From Mobula hypostoma (taxonomy: Eukaryota), in contig NC_086097.1 of NCBI RefSeq assembly GCF_963921235.1, positions 21,330,001 through 21,394,000 on the forward strand: a DNA stretch of 64,000 bases, given 5' to 3'. Each line of letters starts with the position of its first letter. Position 1 is the first letter of the stretch. Below, piece by piece: positions 63,211-64,000 of this stretch. The notes beneath the pieces are model-generated. The model was not told the origin of the DNA and made no database searches. It worked only from the letters and a program-made list of their open reading frames with translations. Position numbers and translations under genes: made by a program.

Positions 63211-64000
63211 TAGCGGTAGCCCTATTCATTGTAACACAAAACAAGTCCATGCCCTCATTCCATGTGAGTTAGTGTAGTTAAATTAAATGAAACAAGCACA
63301 ATCCAAGGTTTTACTGGAAGGGCCAATTATTTTTAATGTACAGCAGGTTCTTCGGATTACATTAAGTTTTAATTGGATCAATTTTAGTTTTAACCATATG
63401 CATAAAGTGCACAAAAACTAACTAGAAATATATTCATTATTATAGGCTCAGGGGATTTGGTGCATATCTTACACTGGGCTCGACTTGATAACTTACAAGA
63501 TGTAAATTTGGAAATGAGTTGGTGGCATGTGTGATATAAATGATATCCTGTTGGTATTAATAATAACTTCTGTTTATGCAAAGTGTAAAGGATTTAGTCT
63601 GATGAGAGAAATTAGGTAAAGTTAATTAAGTAGATGAGTAAATCTAATTGATCTCAATGCAATACTAAACCTCATTATAGCTTTCTTGCACTCTACATCA
63701 AAGCAAGTGAATACTCATTAACATATTGTCTTAGGGATCTAGAATGTTTGTGTTCTTCCTATTCTCTTGCCCTATTGATGTGTGGTAAACTTTAAAATGT
63801 TTGCCTTGCAAACATGTCTATGGCTCCTTGATGTGTAATGAGAATTCAGATTTCTGTTGTTCTAGTGACCTGACAAAGGTTTAGTGTGTGTTGTTATGTA
63901 GAAGGGGTTGATGGGGTAGTTTAGTTCATTATGTGCTCCCTGGTTACACTCGAATGAAGTAGTTCAGGATTAGAAACAGATTTATTATCCCTGGAATATA

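Overview
Eukaryotic, repeat-dominated DNA with no recognisable intact host gene. The mix of CR1 LINEs, HE1/V-type and Deu-type tRNA SINEs, Rex1/Babar LINEs and Neptune-type Penelope elements points to a cartilaginous fish, probably a ray or shark (inference). Nearly all long ORFs are retroelement fragments or their antisense shadows. Layered insertions, many with readable target-site duplications (TSDs), include CR1, Rex1/Babar, RTE, L2, Penelope-like elements (PLE), Tc1 and hAT derivatives, several SINEs and one solo LTR. Highlights: (1) a young PLE (RT + GIY-YIG, single stop, 13-bp TSD) with an intact minimal hammerhead ribozyme at 29886-29923; (2) short fold-back insertions made only of that PLE terminus, several with their own TSDs and one enclosing ~240 bp of unrelated sequence; (3) a local inverted duplication that predates a Rex1 insertion; (4) a young RTE fragment inside a 61-bp tandem array; (5) a perfect RFX X-box and a few weak micro-exon candidates in unique sequence. 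I cannot claim a wholly new system: PLE hammerheads are known, and the fold-back family is the best candidate for something under-described. Family names come from recognition by eye, not database searches. Boundaries without TSDs are approximate.
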